A DNA stretch of 64,000 nucleotides from Octopus vulgaris (taxonomy: Eukaryota), in contig OX597815.1 in assembly GCA_951406725.2 (NCBI GenBank), forward strand, positions 22,940,001-23,004,000, read 5' to 3'. The position numbers and the translations under genes were made by a program. The notes under the pieces were generated by a model that did not search any database, was not told the origin of the DNA, and worked only from the letters and a program-made list of their open reading frames with translations. Every line of letters begins with the position of its first letter. Positions within the stretch are counted from its first letter, which is position 1. Positions 52,557-64,000 of the stretch are shown in pieces.

Positions 52557-53145
52557 TATGATTTCAATGGAGGCAATACCAGCAGAAAACTAGAGGAACA
52601 TGACCTACTATCCAATACAATATTCAATATATATGTGTGCACTTTCATTGGACATTAGTAAATCAATATAATGTTCCTGATAATACAGTATCAAAACATA
52701 CAAGTATATGAACAGATAAATATTTAATATTTAAAAATATGCAGATATTTAAAAGTATTTTTTTAAATATTTAAAAAATACGTTGGCATTCTAAATATAT
52801 AAATACATAAATAGATATACAAATAGATATTAAAAAAATAGATATAAAACGTCGATATGATATAAGATAAAACTCGTAGGTATTTAAAAATATTCAAAAA
52901 TGCTCATATATATAAATACACAGGCAAAATATAAAACATCAACATAATATAAGACTTATTGAATTAATAATTCACACGATAAGATACAAGGTAATAAAAA
53001 TTCACAAGTTTCCGGTGGAAAATTTGAAATTATACATTCATGACATACTAATAATGAAAGTGCACACATATATATTGAACGTTCTATTGGATGGTAGGTT
53101 ATGTTCCTCTAGTTTTCAGCTGGTATTGCCTCCATTGAAATCATA
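52557..53145. repeat. Inverted repeat, ~93-bp arms around a ~400-bp AT-rich spacer
   Basis: ATGATTTCAATGGAGGCAATACCAGC...GCACTTTCATT (52557-52649) versus its reverse complement (53053-53145). Confidence 0.85.
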
Positions 53146-53519
53146 AATTGGAACTTAGCTCAATTAGAGCACTTTAATTCTAGTCTGTTTCTGAGCACAC
53201 AACAATATAATTTTTTTTTTCCTATTCTTCTGTACTCATTATCCATTTTTTTTTTTTTAAATTTGAAGTAGAAAATCATGAAGTATCGATTTATGTTTGT
53301 TTTGGTTCTCCATTTTTAGAGTAATCTCAAGCACCCAAACCACAACCCGTCTTTGTTGCAAGTTTGCATCACATGCGCGGGGGACAGACTGAAGCTAGCT
53401 ACTTTTAAGAGAATGCTTGAAGATTAGTGTCGACAAAAACCGAACGGACTTTTTGGCCAATTCAATATCAATAATAAACACACGCGTTAAACAATCGTGT
53501 CCGTTTATTATTGGCATAA

Positions 53520-53984
53520 TGACCTTCCCATGGATACATTGAAACTCCGATGTCTGGCAGCTGACTTGGCAGACACCCATAAAATTATTAACCATTTAAC
53601 AAACAATAACTCTGAGCACCTTTTCAAACTCCACCTGTCTAACACCCGTGGACATGTTTACAAAGTCAGAAAACAGCATAGCTCCCATGACTTTCGGAAA
53701 CATCTTTTCAAGCTAAGAGTTGCTGAAGCATGGAACAAACTGCCGGCATCAGTTGTTAGTTGTCGGAGCACTTGCATCCTTCAAAACTTCCATGCTTCTT
53801 GAGATTCTCCAACACTACACCTGATTTTCTCCCCTTCATACACACGCAAGCATGTATCTGACTCATACACTGTTCACTTTCCAGGCATTCGTACATTACT
53901 GCGTATGCTTTATACGCACTTTTAACAAGTTGTGGTGCACCTGGGTATACAATAATTTCATTATTATTATTATTATTATTATTA
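53520..53984 (+). mobile_element. CR1-clade LINE 3' end
   Basis: TLKLRCLAADL...TRGHVYK...RKHLFKLRVAEAWNKLPASVV is the CR1 ORF2 C-terminal signature; (TTA)n tail. Confidence 0.8.
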
Positions 53985-54169
53985 TACAAAATCTGCTTTA
54001 ACACACGATTTCACATCAAAAATCTTGCAAACCAAATAAAAAATAAATGTATGGATGGATGTATTACAGACATCCCATTATAAACTTTTAGACGATGTTA
54101 GATGATGTATAATGTTTATATATGACAATAAAGAGAATTGCAAACAGAGAAAAAAAAACCGGATTAAGT

Positions 54170-55010
54170 ATATTTGTGAGAATCACCAGTCACAATTAAG
54201 TATGAACCACGTCAGATTTGTGGAAAGGTCAGTATTTAGTGTCAAAGATATTGATTTCAAAATATTTTATTTTGAAATAAGACAGTAAATAGCTAAAGGT
54301 AAAGTTTCGACTGAGGAAAAAAATGGAGAAAGAAAATGGGAAGGAAAAAAAGTGAAAGCTAGAAAATATATAAACGTACAGGGAGAGGGGAAAAAGAAAA
54401 GTGATGGAAACAAGGTAGAGAAGAGAGATGGATGCATATGGGATGATAAAATCGTTAAGGACCGCGCCCAAATTACATTAGAAAAGTGAATTGGGTTGAA
54501 GTGACGTAAAAATAGGATGTGTAATAGGAAAACATGTTCACAATATTGTTTGTAGTCAGGATATGTAATATGTTAGACAGAAAGAAAGAGTGAGTTTTGG
54601 TGATTCCCACGAAATCAGATGACGGCAGTGTCAAAGCAAATGAGCGGGCAACGAAACCTCTCTTTTGCACATCAGTCACATTATCGTACTCCCGACAGCA
54701 TTATCTGTATTTTTCTCTTTCTAGTTTATATTTAGTAAATATTCAAGAAATAACTACATCCAAGTGTTAGCATATATATATATATATATATATATAGCAA
54801 TTAACAGTTGTTTGAAGCAGAAGTTGTTAACACGCTAATATATTTATTTATTTACTATTTATTTATTTAAGCATATAAACGCATTCACACGAACGTTTTA
54901 TCACAAACGTGCAAGCATCCACGTTAACAAGACAATAAAAACTGAACTTTAGAGACATACGTAGTATATAACACAGTAGATTAGCGAAAATTCTTACGAA
55001 CCAAGAAAAT
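54170..55010. promoter_or_regulatory. Possible promoter region of the minus-strand gene
   Basis: Unique CpG-retaining DNA just beyond the CpG-depleted domain; CRE-like TGACGT motifs at ~54208 and ~54502. No TSS demonstrated. Confidence 0.3.
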
Positions 55011-55024
55011 GAGGTAAATTTTTT

Positions 55025-55473
55025 GAGTAACATCCGCACGATTTTCACTAATCAAAAAAAAAAGCCCCTCCCCCTTTTTTCCGAACCAAAATAAGGGATT
55101 TGCAGCATATTAGGAGGTCAGGGTACTTGATTACACGCACCAAAAAAACGAGTTTCTTTTTTTTTTTTTCCTTAGTGAAAATTGCGCTGGTGAAAAGATC
55201 AATGGGGGGGGGGGTCAGAGGCTTCCACCTCACCCCACCCCGTTTTTTGGACCCCAAAACAAACTGTTTTGCAACATATTAGGAGGTCACAGGAATTCAT
55301 TCAACAGGGGAAAAAAATTACAATGATTCCGGGACGGTGGGGGGTGTGTCCCCCCTTTTTTCCGAACCAAAATAAAAGGTTTGCAGCATATTAGGAGGTC
55401 AGGGTACTTGATTCCACGTAAAAAATCCGATGGTTTTTTTTTTTTCTTAGTGAAAATCGTGCAGGTGTTACTC
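55025..55473. mobile_element. TIR element (MITE) with internal direct repeats
   Basis: GAGTAACATCCGCACGATTTTCACTAA / TTAGTGAAAATCGTGCAGGTGTTACTC; internal TTTGCA(G/A)CATATTAGGAGGTCA x3. Confidence 0.75.
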
Positions 55474-56118
55474 AAAAACCGAAAATGAGTGGGGTGCCTT
55501 TGAATCACAAAGCATATGTATTTATGTCTTTTATTAATAATCGGCAGACGTGACCGCGACAGACATACTTCAGTACGTTTCGTAAATTAAAAAGAAAGTG
55601 TTTACCGAGATAAGGTAAGAGCTTTTGAAATGCATGTTTGCATGCCATGCCTTTACTCCTTTTTCTATACAAGGACTGGATAGTATTCTCAAAAATTCGA
55701 GTCGGATGTTAAATGGAAAAAGCTATAAGACAGATAAATACCACTTTTTTTTCCTAGCCTCTCACATGTACAACTTGGGAAAAGATTAACAGCCCAAATA
55801 ACCTCCGCTTCAGTTCGTAATAATGAACATTCCTGAATGACGAACAAAAATAAAGTAATTCAATACTTTCACTTCTTCACAATCCATGTTGTGACTTGTA
55901 TAAGTACAAAAGTTAGAACAATGTGTTCAGTTCGTCCCGTAGCACCAGGTTAATTACTGAAAATGCATGCGGAATATATAAGGCACAGAGGGATTACAAC
56001 GGTCCTGGTTAATTAACTACTTTTGGGTGAGGTGTGACTTAAATGCTTTCGTAGATGAGTATTTTTGAAATGATAAGAATTTCAATGAAATCAATTTCTA
56101 ACTTTTTTTTTTTTGAAA

Positions 56119-56538
56119 GGCGATCTTTCATCTCTAGTAGACCTTTCCGTCGATTTCCGTAAAAAAAATTTTTTTTTTTTTACATATGGGCTTGCGGGAA
56201 CTTTTGAAGTAATATATATACACATACACCGAGTAAAAAATTTCAGTTATCTCTTTCTTTCACACTTTACTCTGTCTCTTCACACACACTAACAGAAGCA
56301 CTTCACTTACACAGCATACTGTCTGTCTCCCACACCCCATCAAACACACACATACACATACATCAATGCTTGCCATGCACGGTAACTTCAAAAGAACTTC
56401 CCTCGTCATACAATCGCTTTATCTTAGTCTCTTTCGCTCTCATTACTTCAAAAGTTCCCGCAAGCCCATATGTAAAAAAAAAAAAAAAAACTTTACGGAA
56501 ATCGACGGAAAGGTCTACTAGAGACGAAAGATTACCCC
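56119..56538. mobile_element. MITE with ~95-bp TIRs
   Basis: ATCTTTCATCTCTAGTAGACCTTTCCGTCGATTTCCGT...GAAGTAAT versus reverse complement at 56443-56533; TSD not evident. Confidence 0.8.
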
Positions 56539-57082
56539 AATATCCTTGATCCTGTCAACTTCCGAACTACCTGCAAATATCTTAAACGTAATGAAAACGT
56601 TTGTAGTCATTACGAAATCAAAACGAAATATTCACCGATGCACACCTCGTTTTTACTTGTTAACAATTACCTTGCTTATTGTCCAATTTCCACTCCTCAG
56701 AGACCAGAATGTCTTCCATGGAGCCAAATCTACAAGGAACTTGCAAAACAGGGAAAAATAACTACTGCGGAATTTCAGTAACTCACATTTTATTAAAGAT
56801 TCCCATAGAGTAAAAAGAAACTCTGTAAGATGTTAGTTTTTAATGTTTAGAATGGAATTACATCTAAAATTGATTTTGTTGTTATCCGAAAGAAGACTAG
56901 CTTTAAAACTTCTACGTTTCCACAAAAGAGATTCAACAGTCAATTTCAGATATTTCGACATGTTTAAAGGGCTGAATTTTCGAAGAAAGGCGCACTTTTA
57001 CAGATTATTTTAAAATAAAAGATTTTTAAAAATTGAAGTCAAAACTGAAGATATATTTAATATGGATGCAGTTTAGGATGTT

Positions 57083-57500
57083 GGATCTTTTCGGTTTAAC
57101 CGGCAGTTTTTTAAAATAATTTCCACGTAACTAAACACTTTTAAACTTCGTATACTGGTAGAATGTGTTTATAAAACATCTTTTTCTCTTGGCTTTATTG
57201 AGAAAATTTACAGTTTGTAAGATATTTGTTGTTTTTTTCTTCAATTTCTGCAATTTCAACCAATCAATGACGTCTATTGAGGTGAAAACATTCTGTGCCG
57301 TATGAATATGTCCCTCGTTTAAGAAACAAATTGGGTTCATTTACATTTCTGAAGAAAAAAAGATACCCTTCCCCCACCCCTAAACCTAACCCTAACCCTA
57401 AAACATTGAAATGCAATAGATTGATACTAGGGTCATAATTATGGGTGACAATTTCATATGACACCGCTAGAAAAAACTGCCGTTCAAACCGAAAAGATCC
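57083..57500. mobile_element. MITE with 8-bp TSD (Merlin- or hAT-like)
   Basis: TIR GGATCTTTTCGGTTT..GGCAGTTTTTT; AGGATGTT duplicated at 57075-57082 and 57501-57508. Confidence 0.85.
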
Positions 57501-57936
57501 AGGATGTTTATATGTTTAGTAACTGCATCAACTGTGCATGGGCTCAGTGGAAGTATTAGTAGTTGTTGAAGGCTGGAAAAATAAGAAACCTTTGCTAATA
57601 TTGTAAACGTTTTTGAAATCGTCATGGATTTTGAGATCTTAGCATTTGGGACTTTATGTATTGATCATGAACAGATGTGTAGTATTCCAAGTCTGCTACA
57701 CTAAGAGTTTGTGCCTTGATGTTACAGGATGAAACTAAATTACCATTTCCTCATTGCAGTGTTTTTCGGTAATTCATTTCATAATAGAAATAGCGCAAAT
57801 CTGGTGTGAGGTGTCTAAGTAGAGAAGAAAGAGAGAGATGCATTTAATGTTCAACATGAACTTCTGAAATTAATGCTTGTCGGGAAGATAAAAGAGGGCA
57901 AACAGAATGGTAGAAGGTTGAACTTATGAAAATATT

Positions 57937-58058
57937 GGCGACTTTGCCTTTCATCCTTTCGGGGGTCGATAAAATAAGTACCAGTCCTAGAGTCGATCTA
58001 ATCGATTGGCCCCCCCCTCCCCAAAAATTTCGGGCCGTGTGCCTTAGAGTAGAAAAGT
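57937..58058 (+). mobile_element. SINE C 3' half
   Basis: GACTTTGCCTTTCATCCTTTCGGGGGTCGATAAAATAAGTACCAG. Confidence 0.8.
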
Positions 58059-58089
58059 ATACTTAGTTGAAGCGGTTAGCGCAGTGTTT

Positions 58090-58880
58090 AGGGGTGAGAT
58101 ACAACGAGATTGTGGAAAGAATTTGACGTGTGTGCATAGGCGTGCGAGTTCAGGAATGTAGAAAAGAGAAGAGACAGCGAATAACATAAGTAGCTCTAAA
58201 GTGTACGTTTACCTGGTGGCTAATTAAGGATGCAGTTTAGAGGTATGCGAGAGAGACAGACAGAAGTATTGTTCCAGGTCTCTAAGCCGTACCAAGTATA
58301 ACCTGTTTATACTTGAGTTTTGTGAAGGTAAGCAACTACAGATGGTTGAAGTATTGTCTGACTTTGAAGAGAAAGCTGTGGCAATATTACACATGTTGGT
58401 TGACATGTTAGATTGCTTTAAGCATGGTTGAAGGTTTTGTTCATGCTATATACAACATTGATTTTACTGAAGTTCTGAAAGGCGAGGGGCCATTCATATA
58501 TGATACAAAAATAGGTCAATGCTCAGTAGGTTAAGTCTATCTAGCTAAGCGATATGGATAGTTGGATAAAGTTAATGCAGTCATCGATCAGTTTGAACAT
58601 TTCAATGTCAAATACTTGCAAGATCGAGACTCCAGAAGAATACATTTGAGAGGAAGCGTTTGGAGAAGGAAGAAGACACCAGCAGAGCTGTGAAACGTGT
58701 GTGAGGAATATGCATTCAGCAAGTTTAGACAAGTAGAGACTGTAACAGTAACGGTAAAAGAAATCAAGAAAAGCATGCTCAGTAAGTCGATAGCTATTTT
58801 TGATGCGAATCAGAATATTCTTCGTATTGTATAAAACGTCTGCTGTTTGTTTGATCAAATGCATCCCTGTTATGATCACC
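58090..58880 (-). mobile_element. Decayed CR1/Jockey-group LINE RT fragments
   Basis: Broken frames contain IDDC, FLFKVRQYF..LLT..KTQV and FFYRYCY...LA remnants. Confidence 0.5.
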
Positions 58881-60180
58881 TGATCCTAATTTTCAGAAAG
58901 TATCTAGCACTACATTATCCAATGTATTTTTTTCCTTTAAGACAGTAGGGTTACGATCTGAGGAAAATATAGTTGATACTTGCGGAAGGTTGAGAGCAAC
59001 CGCGTAGAGGTATTTGCTTTCGTTTTCCTGTATTACCTTAACATTCCTAAAGGTGTTTTCGTAAATAGACTATTCAAAAGGTGATATGCAATACAAAACT
59101 GGTTTTGAAAGGACTATTTTTCTCAAAAGAAAGGTTAATCAAGAAAAAAAAAGAAGAAAAGAAATTGTCGATTAGGTATCGTTTCCAAAAATAATTTCAT
59201 GGAGAAACAACATTAAGTAGGTAATCTAAGCTGGAATGCGGAATGGCTCATAGATACTGGATAAACTGGTAAAAAATGTTGGGAAGAATTAAGAGATAAA
59301 CTTTCAAACTTTAATCCTCCATTACATCAACCAGATGTATCAACGTATGAGATGTACCAGATACTGAGCAAGGTTATCAAACAAAGACGTTGTTGGTTTC
59401 GAACAAACTATAATTTTTCAAGATCGGGTCATATAGTATTTTTCAAAACCAGGTCAGGTATCTTAGAGTATTATTAATTCTAAAGCAAAAATTTCCTACT
59501 AGTTTTTAAAAGGTTACCAATGTTGAAGGTACAATCTATTTTCAGGGATCTACCAACCAACAATAAATAAGATCTTCCAATTCACGGGGGCTACAAAAAG
59601 AATTAACGATAGAAATATTTAACTGTTCTCTGTCTGTGCTTTTCCTTTTTTTCTCTCTTATTTATAAAAGTTTTATAAAAGAAAAATTCTTTTTCATATC
59701 TACCAGCTTTACACGGTCACGTAAATTGAGTAAATCTACAAATAATTGTTGGAAAAATATCAATGTTTATTTGGAAGTCTATAATAATCCTTGAAATGTT
59801 GCAGACGTGACAGCTTCAAGTGTGTATTAAAGGGATATAATTTACGAAATTTTACTACAACCAATAAAACGCAGCTTCAAAGTGTCTAGAAATCACATCT
59901 CTAATAAGAAATAATAGATGATGATGATGATTTTAATTCGTAAAGTCATTCAGTAAATAACAGAATATTTTGATAAACTACAGAAACCGGATATGTTGCT
60001 GATAATTGTCAAAACAAGATCTGAGTATCAAAAGTCAATTGGTTACACAAAACTGAAACAGTGGGGTAAGAGATTGAGAACAAACGATCGAAAACCGGCT
60101 TAGTTTTCCAGTCTCATTGTTAGAACCCTAAACTATTCCGTAAAAAATATAATTTACTTTTGGAATGACATTATTACATT

Positions 60181-60615
60181 CTTTATCTTATTTCAGTCAT
60201 TAGACTGCGGCCATGCTGGGGTACTGGCTTGAAAAGTTTTACTCGAACTAATCGATCCCAGTCTCTATTTTCTTTTTAAACCTGGTACTTATTCTATCGA
60301 GTCTCTTTTGCCAAATCGCTAAGTTACGCATCAACATCGGTTAAGCGGTGGTGGTGGACAAACATGCACACAGATACACATACATACATATATATATTCT
60401 TTTGTTCTTTTATTCCAGTCATTTGACTGCAGCCATGCTGGAGCACCGCTTTTAGTCGAGAAAATCTACCCCAGGAGTTATTCTTTGTAAGCCTAGTACT
60501 TATTCTATCGGTATCTTTTGCCGAACCGCTAAGTTACGAGGACGTAAACACACCAGCATCGGATGTCAAACGATGTTGGGGTTGGGGGGGGGCAACACAG
60601 ACACACAAACATACA

Positions 60616-60657
<42 letters not shown>

Positions 60658-60965
60658 CGACGGGATTCTCTCAGTTTCCGTCTACCAAATCCACTGACAA
60701 GGCTTTGATTGGCCCGAGGCTATAATAGAAGACACTTGCCCAAGGTGCCATGCAGTGGGACTGAACACGGAACTATGTGGTTAGTAAGCAAGCTACTTAC
60801 CACACAGCCACTCCTGCACCTATGATGGGCTTCTTTCAGTTTCGGTATATCAAATCTACTCACAAGGCTTGGTCAGCTCGACACTGTGGTAGAAGGCACT
60901 TGCCCCAGGTACCATGCAATGAGAGTCAACCTGAAATCATGCGGTTGGAAGCAAACTTTTTACCA
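60181..60965 (-). mobile_element. SINE A cluster: young copy (60398-60820) nested in an older copy
   Basis: Older 3' half at 60181-60390 and older 5' half at 60823-60965 flank a complete copy. Confidence 0.8.
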
Positions 60966-60967
60966 AA

Positions 60968-61589
60968 CAGAGGAGGTTTAAAGTGGTGAAGATGTAGAAA
61001 AGCTAATGGCGGTGCTCCAGCATGGCTGCAGCTATTGAACTGAAAGTAGTTAAAAAGTTATATATAGTTAAAAGTTGGTTGTTTCAACTGTTCTAAATTT
61101 CTTGGTTTTTTTAACTTTTTATTTTGATAATTTCCTGTTTCCAAACAATTATTTCTAGATCTTTGTGTTTTATTGAGGATTTCTTTGTGGTGGTGGTGAT
61201 GGTGGTGGAAGGTTTATTTTGAAAATAGCATATAATAGCAATCTCAAGAGACTGTATTGTCACCAAATCAGAATACAGTCAAAAGAATGATACATAGATA
61301 ACAACAGGTAACACTAATTGCTATAGCAATGACACCATTCTACAGTCAACCACTACCACCACCATCACCACAAGGAAATCCTCAATAAAACACACAGTTC
61401 TAGAAAGAATTGTTTGGAAACAGGAAACTATCAAAATAAAAAGTGAAAAAAAAAGAAATTTACAACAGTTGAAACAACCAACTTTTAACTATACATAACT
61501 TTTTAACTAACTTTCGGATCAAGAGCTGCAGCCATGCTGGAGCACTGCCATTAGCTTTTCTACATCTTCACCGCTTTAAACCTCCTCTG
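60968..61589. repeat. Long inverted repeat, ~240-bp arms and ~140-bp spacer
   Basis: 60968-61208 is the reverse complement of 61350-61589 (CAGAGGAGGTTTAAAG / CTTTAAACCTCCTCTG). Confidence 0.9.
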
Positions 61590-61810
61590 ATATATGGCAT
61601 TTGGTGAATGAGGGAGTCTGATGCTGCCTCCGTCTATGTTTTCTGCTATGACGTAAACTCATCCGGAACTCCTGACAGGAGAAGATCCAGTTTTGTTTTG
61701 AAGACACCTACATCCACCCCATGCAGGTCTCTCAGGCATTTTGGAAGGATACTGAAGAGCTGTGGGCCCTTTAAACCAAACCCAAGCTGTTGCAGTACCT
61801 GGTCCAGTAT
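61590..61810 (-). mobile_element. CR1-group LINE ORF2 C-terminal fragment
   Basis: KGPQLFSILPKCLRDLHGVDVGVFKTKLDLLLSGVPDE matches the GP-LFN-LP...FK--LD--L--VPD motif. Confidence 0.65.
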
Positions 61811-61849
61811 CTTGATCGTGACATTGGGATACATATCAACTTTCCCTTA

Positions 61850-64000
61850 CAATGAACTACCACAACCTAAACCTATATCCAATACCAGTCGAAGGGAATG
61901 GGAGATCATCCACATGTTAAAAAACAATAATGACATCATATTTAAGGAAGCAGATAAGGGGAATACTGTTGTAATTATGGATACCAAGTACTACAAAAAT
62001 TCTGTATCTTACCTCTTATAAGATACTATCTACTATGAAAGAGTAGACAACTACTAACAATCAAAAATGATGAGCAAATTAAACACACTCATTTGTCAAA
62101 ATCCACAAAAACTTAACGGAAAGGAATGCAACTATTTAACACATTTTGAATACAAAACCAGCAACCTCTACAAACTTCCAAAAATCTACAAGAGCAAAAT
62201 AATTAATGAAGCATGCAAAAAGTCCACTTCAACCTGCTTCAATGTACCACACCCCACTGATCTCAAACTGAGACCAATTGTGGCAGGCCCAAATTGTGAA
62301 ACACACAGACTAAGCAATTTTATAGACACTTGACTGGCCCTTGTGCCGGTAGCATGTAAAAGCACCCACTACACTCTCAGAGTGGTTGGCATTAGGAAGG
62401 GCATCCAGCTGTAAAAACTCTGCCAGATCAAGATTGGAGCCTGGTGCAGCCATCTGGTTTGCCAGTCCTCAGTCAAATTGTCCAACCCATGCTAGCATGA
62501 AAAGTGGATGTTAAACGATGATGATGATGACTACTAAAACCAGTTCTCAAACACATACCAAGTATTGTAAGAGATGACCTGGATCTCCTGAACCTCCCCA
62601 AACACACCAACAGGGACATTTTCATTGTCTCCTTTGGTGTGATAAACCTCTACACTACAATTCCACACCAGTATAGACTGGAAGTAATAAGATTCTGGCT
62701 GGAAAATACCCTAATGAGATCCTGGTAAGAATAGAAAAAGATTTTATCATCAAGGGACTAAAGTTCATTTTGCAAAACAACTTTTTTAACTTTAATGATA
62801 ACACCTATAAACAGATATCAGGGACTGCGATGGGACAAGTATTGCCCCAACTTACACTAATCTAGCTATGGTTTACCTGGAAGTCCAAATATATGAACAA
62901 TCCAAATCAAAATATGGCCTGAATTTCTACAAGTACCTTTAAGAGAATTGGAAGCACTACTTGAATGACTGCCTCATTCTATGTTGTTACACATTCGACC
63001 AACTAAATGAATTCAAAAACCTAATTAACAGCATCGACAATCATATCTAATTCACAATGGAATATAGTCAATACCAGCTGCCATTTCTAGACATCTTAAT
63101 CATAAAAAAAGATATGAACATTGAAACTGATGTCCACTACAAACCAACTGATTCCAAACAATACCTTCTAATCACCTCCAACCAACCAAAACACTCAAAG
63201 ACAAACATTCCTTTTAATCTAGTGAGAAGAATTTGTACAACTGTCTCAAATTATGAAACATGAGACAAAAGATTCCAAGAATTAGAGGAAATTCTACTCA
63301 AAAGAGAATACCTATCATCATTAATTGATAATGGAATAGAATGGGCTAAGGCAGTTGACAACCAAGATTTACAGAAACCAAAACACACACATAGTATACT
63401 AAATAGTCTTCCATTTCTCACAACACACAACCCAAGAAATACAGAAGCTTACACCATTATACATAAGGACATCCCATTACTGAGTGAAGACACATGATTA
63501 AAAAAAAGCACTCAAAACCCATAAAATAATAAAAAGCAAGAGACAACCTGAAAAAAATTACTCATTAATATAAAAATACACACCACAAGCCAAACACCAA
63601 CCATCAATAAATGTGGTCACTCTAATTGTGGGACTTATATTCACCTCATTGAAAGTACAATGTATAAATTTCAGTCAGGACACACTTTTGATGTAAAAAA
63701 TAATTTCCCCTGCACCTCAAAAAATTTAATGTATGTCATTAGGTGTAAAGGGTGCCACAAAGATTACATAAGGCAAACTAGCCTTACCCTCAGAGACAGG
63801 ATGACAGTTCACTGCCAACAGTTGCAGGACCCCACCACAAGACAGATACCACTCAGTGACCACTTAGATCTCTGTAAAAAATAAATCTTCCTAATTTCAA
63901 GTTTTCCCACTGTACATTTGCCCAGACAGCATCACTGACCAAAAACAAATAAAGAAAACATTTTTATTCGAAAATAGACCACAGTTAAGCATACTTTAAT
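61850..64000 (+). mobile_element. Decayed Penelope-like element (RT plus GIY-YIG endonuclease)
   Basis: Motifs ADKGNTVVIMD, LYKLPKIYK, LRPIV, GTAMG, YLNDC, LPFLDI, YKPTD, and CTSKNLMYVIRCKGCHKDYIRQT...R (GIY-YIG); many stops and frameshifts. Confidence 0.9.
62331..62530 (+). mobile_element. Family B retroposon inserted in the Penelope RT
   Basis: Interrupts ...NFIDT|LLKPVLKH; 3' domain plus GAT tail. Confidence 0.85.

Noticed and set aside
52670-52715. Possible hammerhead ribozyme (CTGATAA...CAAAAC)
   Set aside because: Core deviates from CUGAnGA/GAAA and no NUH triplet abuts stem I; at best a decayed relic.

Overview
AT-rich, repeat-dense animal genomic DNA; the SINE repertoire and microsatellite load suggest an octopus (inference, not verified). 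No complete protein-coding gene, rRNA, true tRNA gene or CRISPR array is visible, and almost all ORF-track entries are microsatellite or transposon artefacts. Bases ~1-53,000 look like the intronic 5' part of a large minus-strand gene: the DNA is CpG-poor, has a few short well-bounded candidate exons (49170-49250, 35816-35889, 29141-29201, 20759-20920, 3554-3594) and a CpG/trinucleotide island at 20.8-22.2 kb. CpG-retaining, promoter-like or intergenic DNA starts at ~53 kb. The transposon content includes several tRNA-derived SINE families, a (GAT)n-tailed retroposon with internal tandem modules, two non-autonomous Helitron families, piggyBac-like, mariner and Merlin/hAT-like MITEs, a Tc1 remnant, RTE, CR1 and R4-like LINE fragments, and a decayed Penelope-like RT+GIY-YIG element running to the window end. 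I cannot confirm a new biological system. The best leads are a duplicated hairpin with an attached 51-bp array flanking a candidate exon, a MITE dimer with an identical spacer at two loci, a shared SINE target motif, long fold-back inverted repeats, and the self-complementary triplet island.
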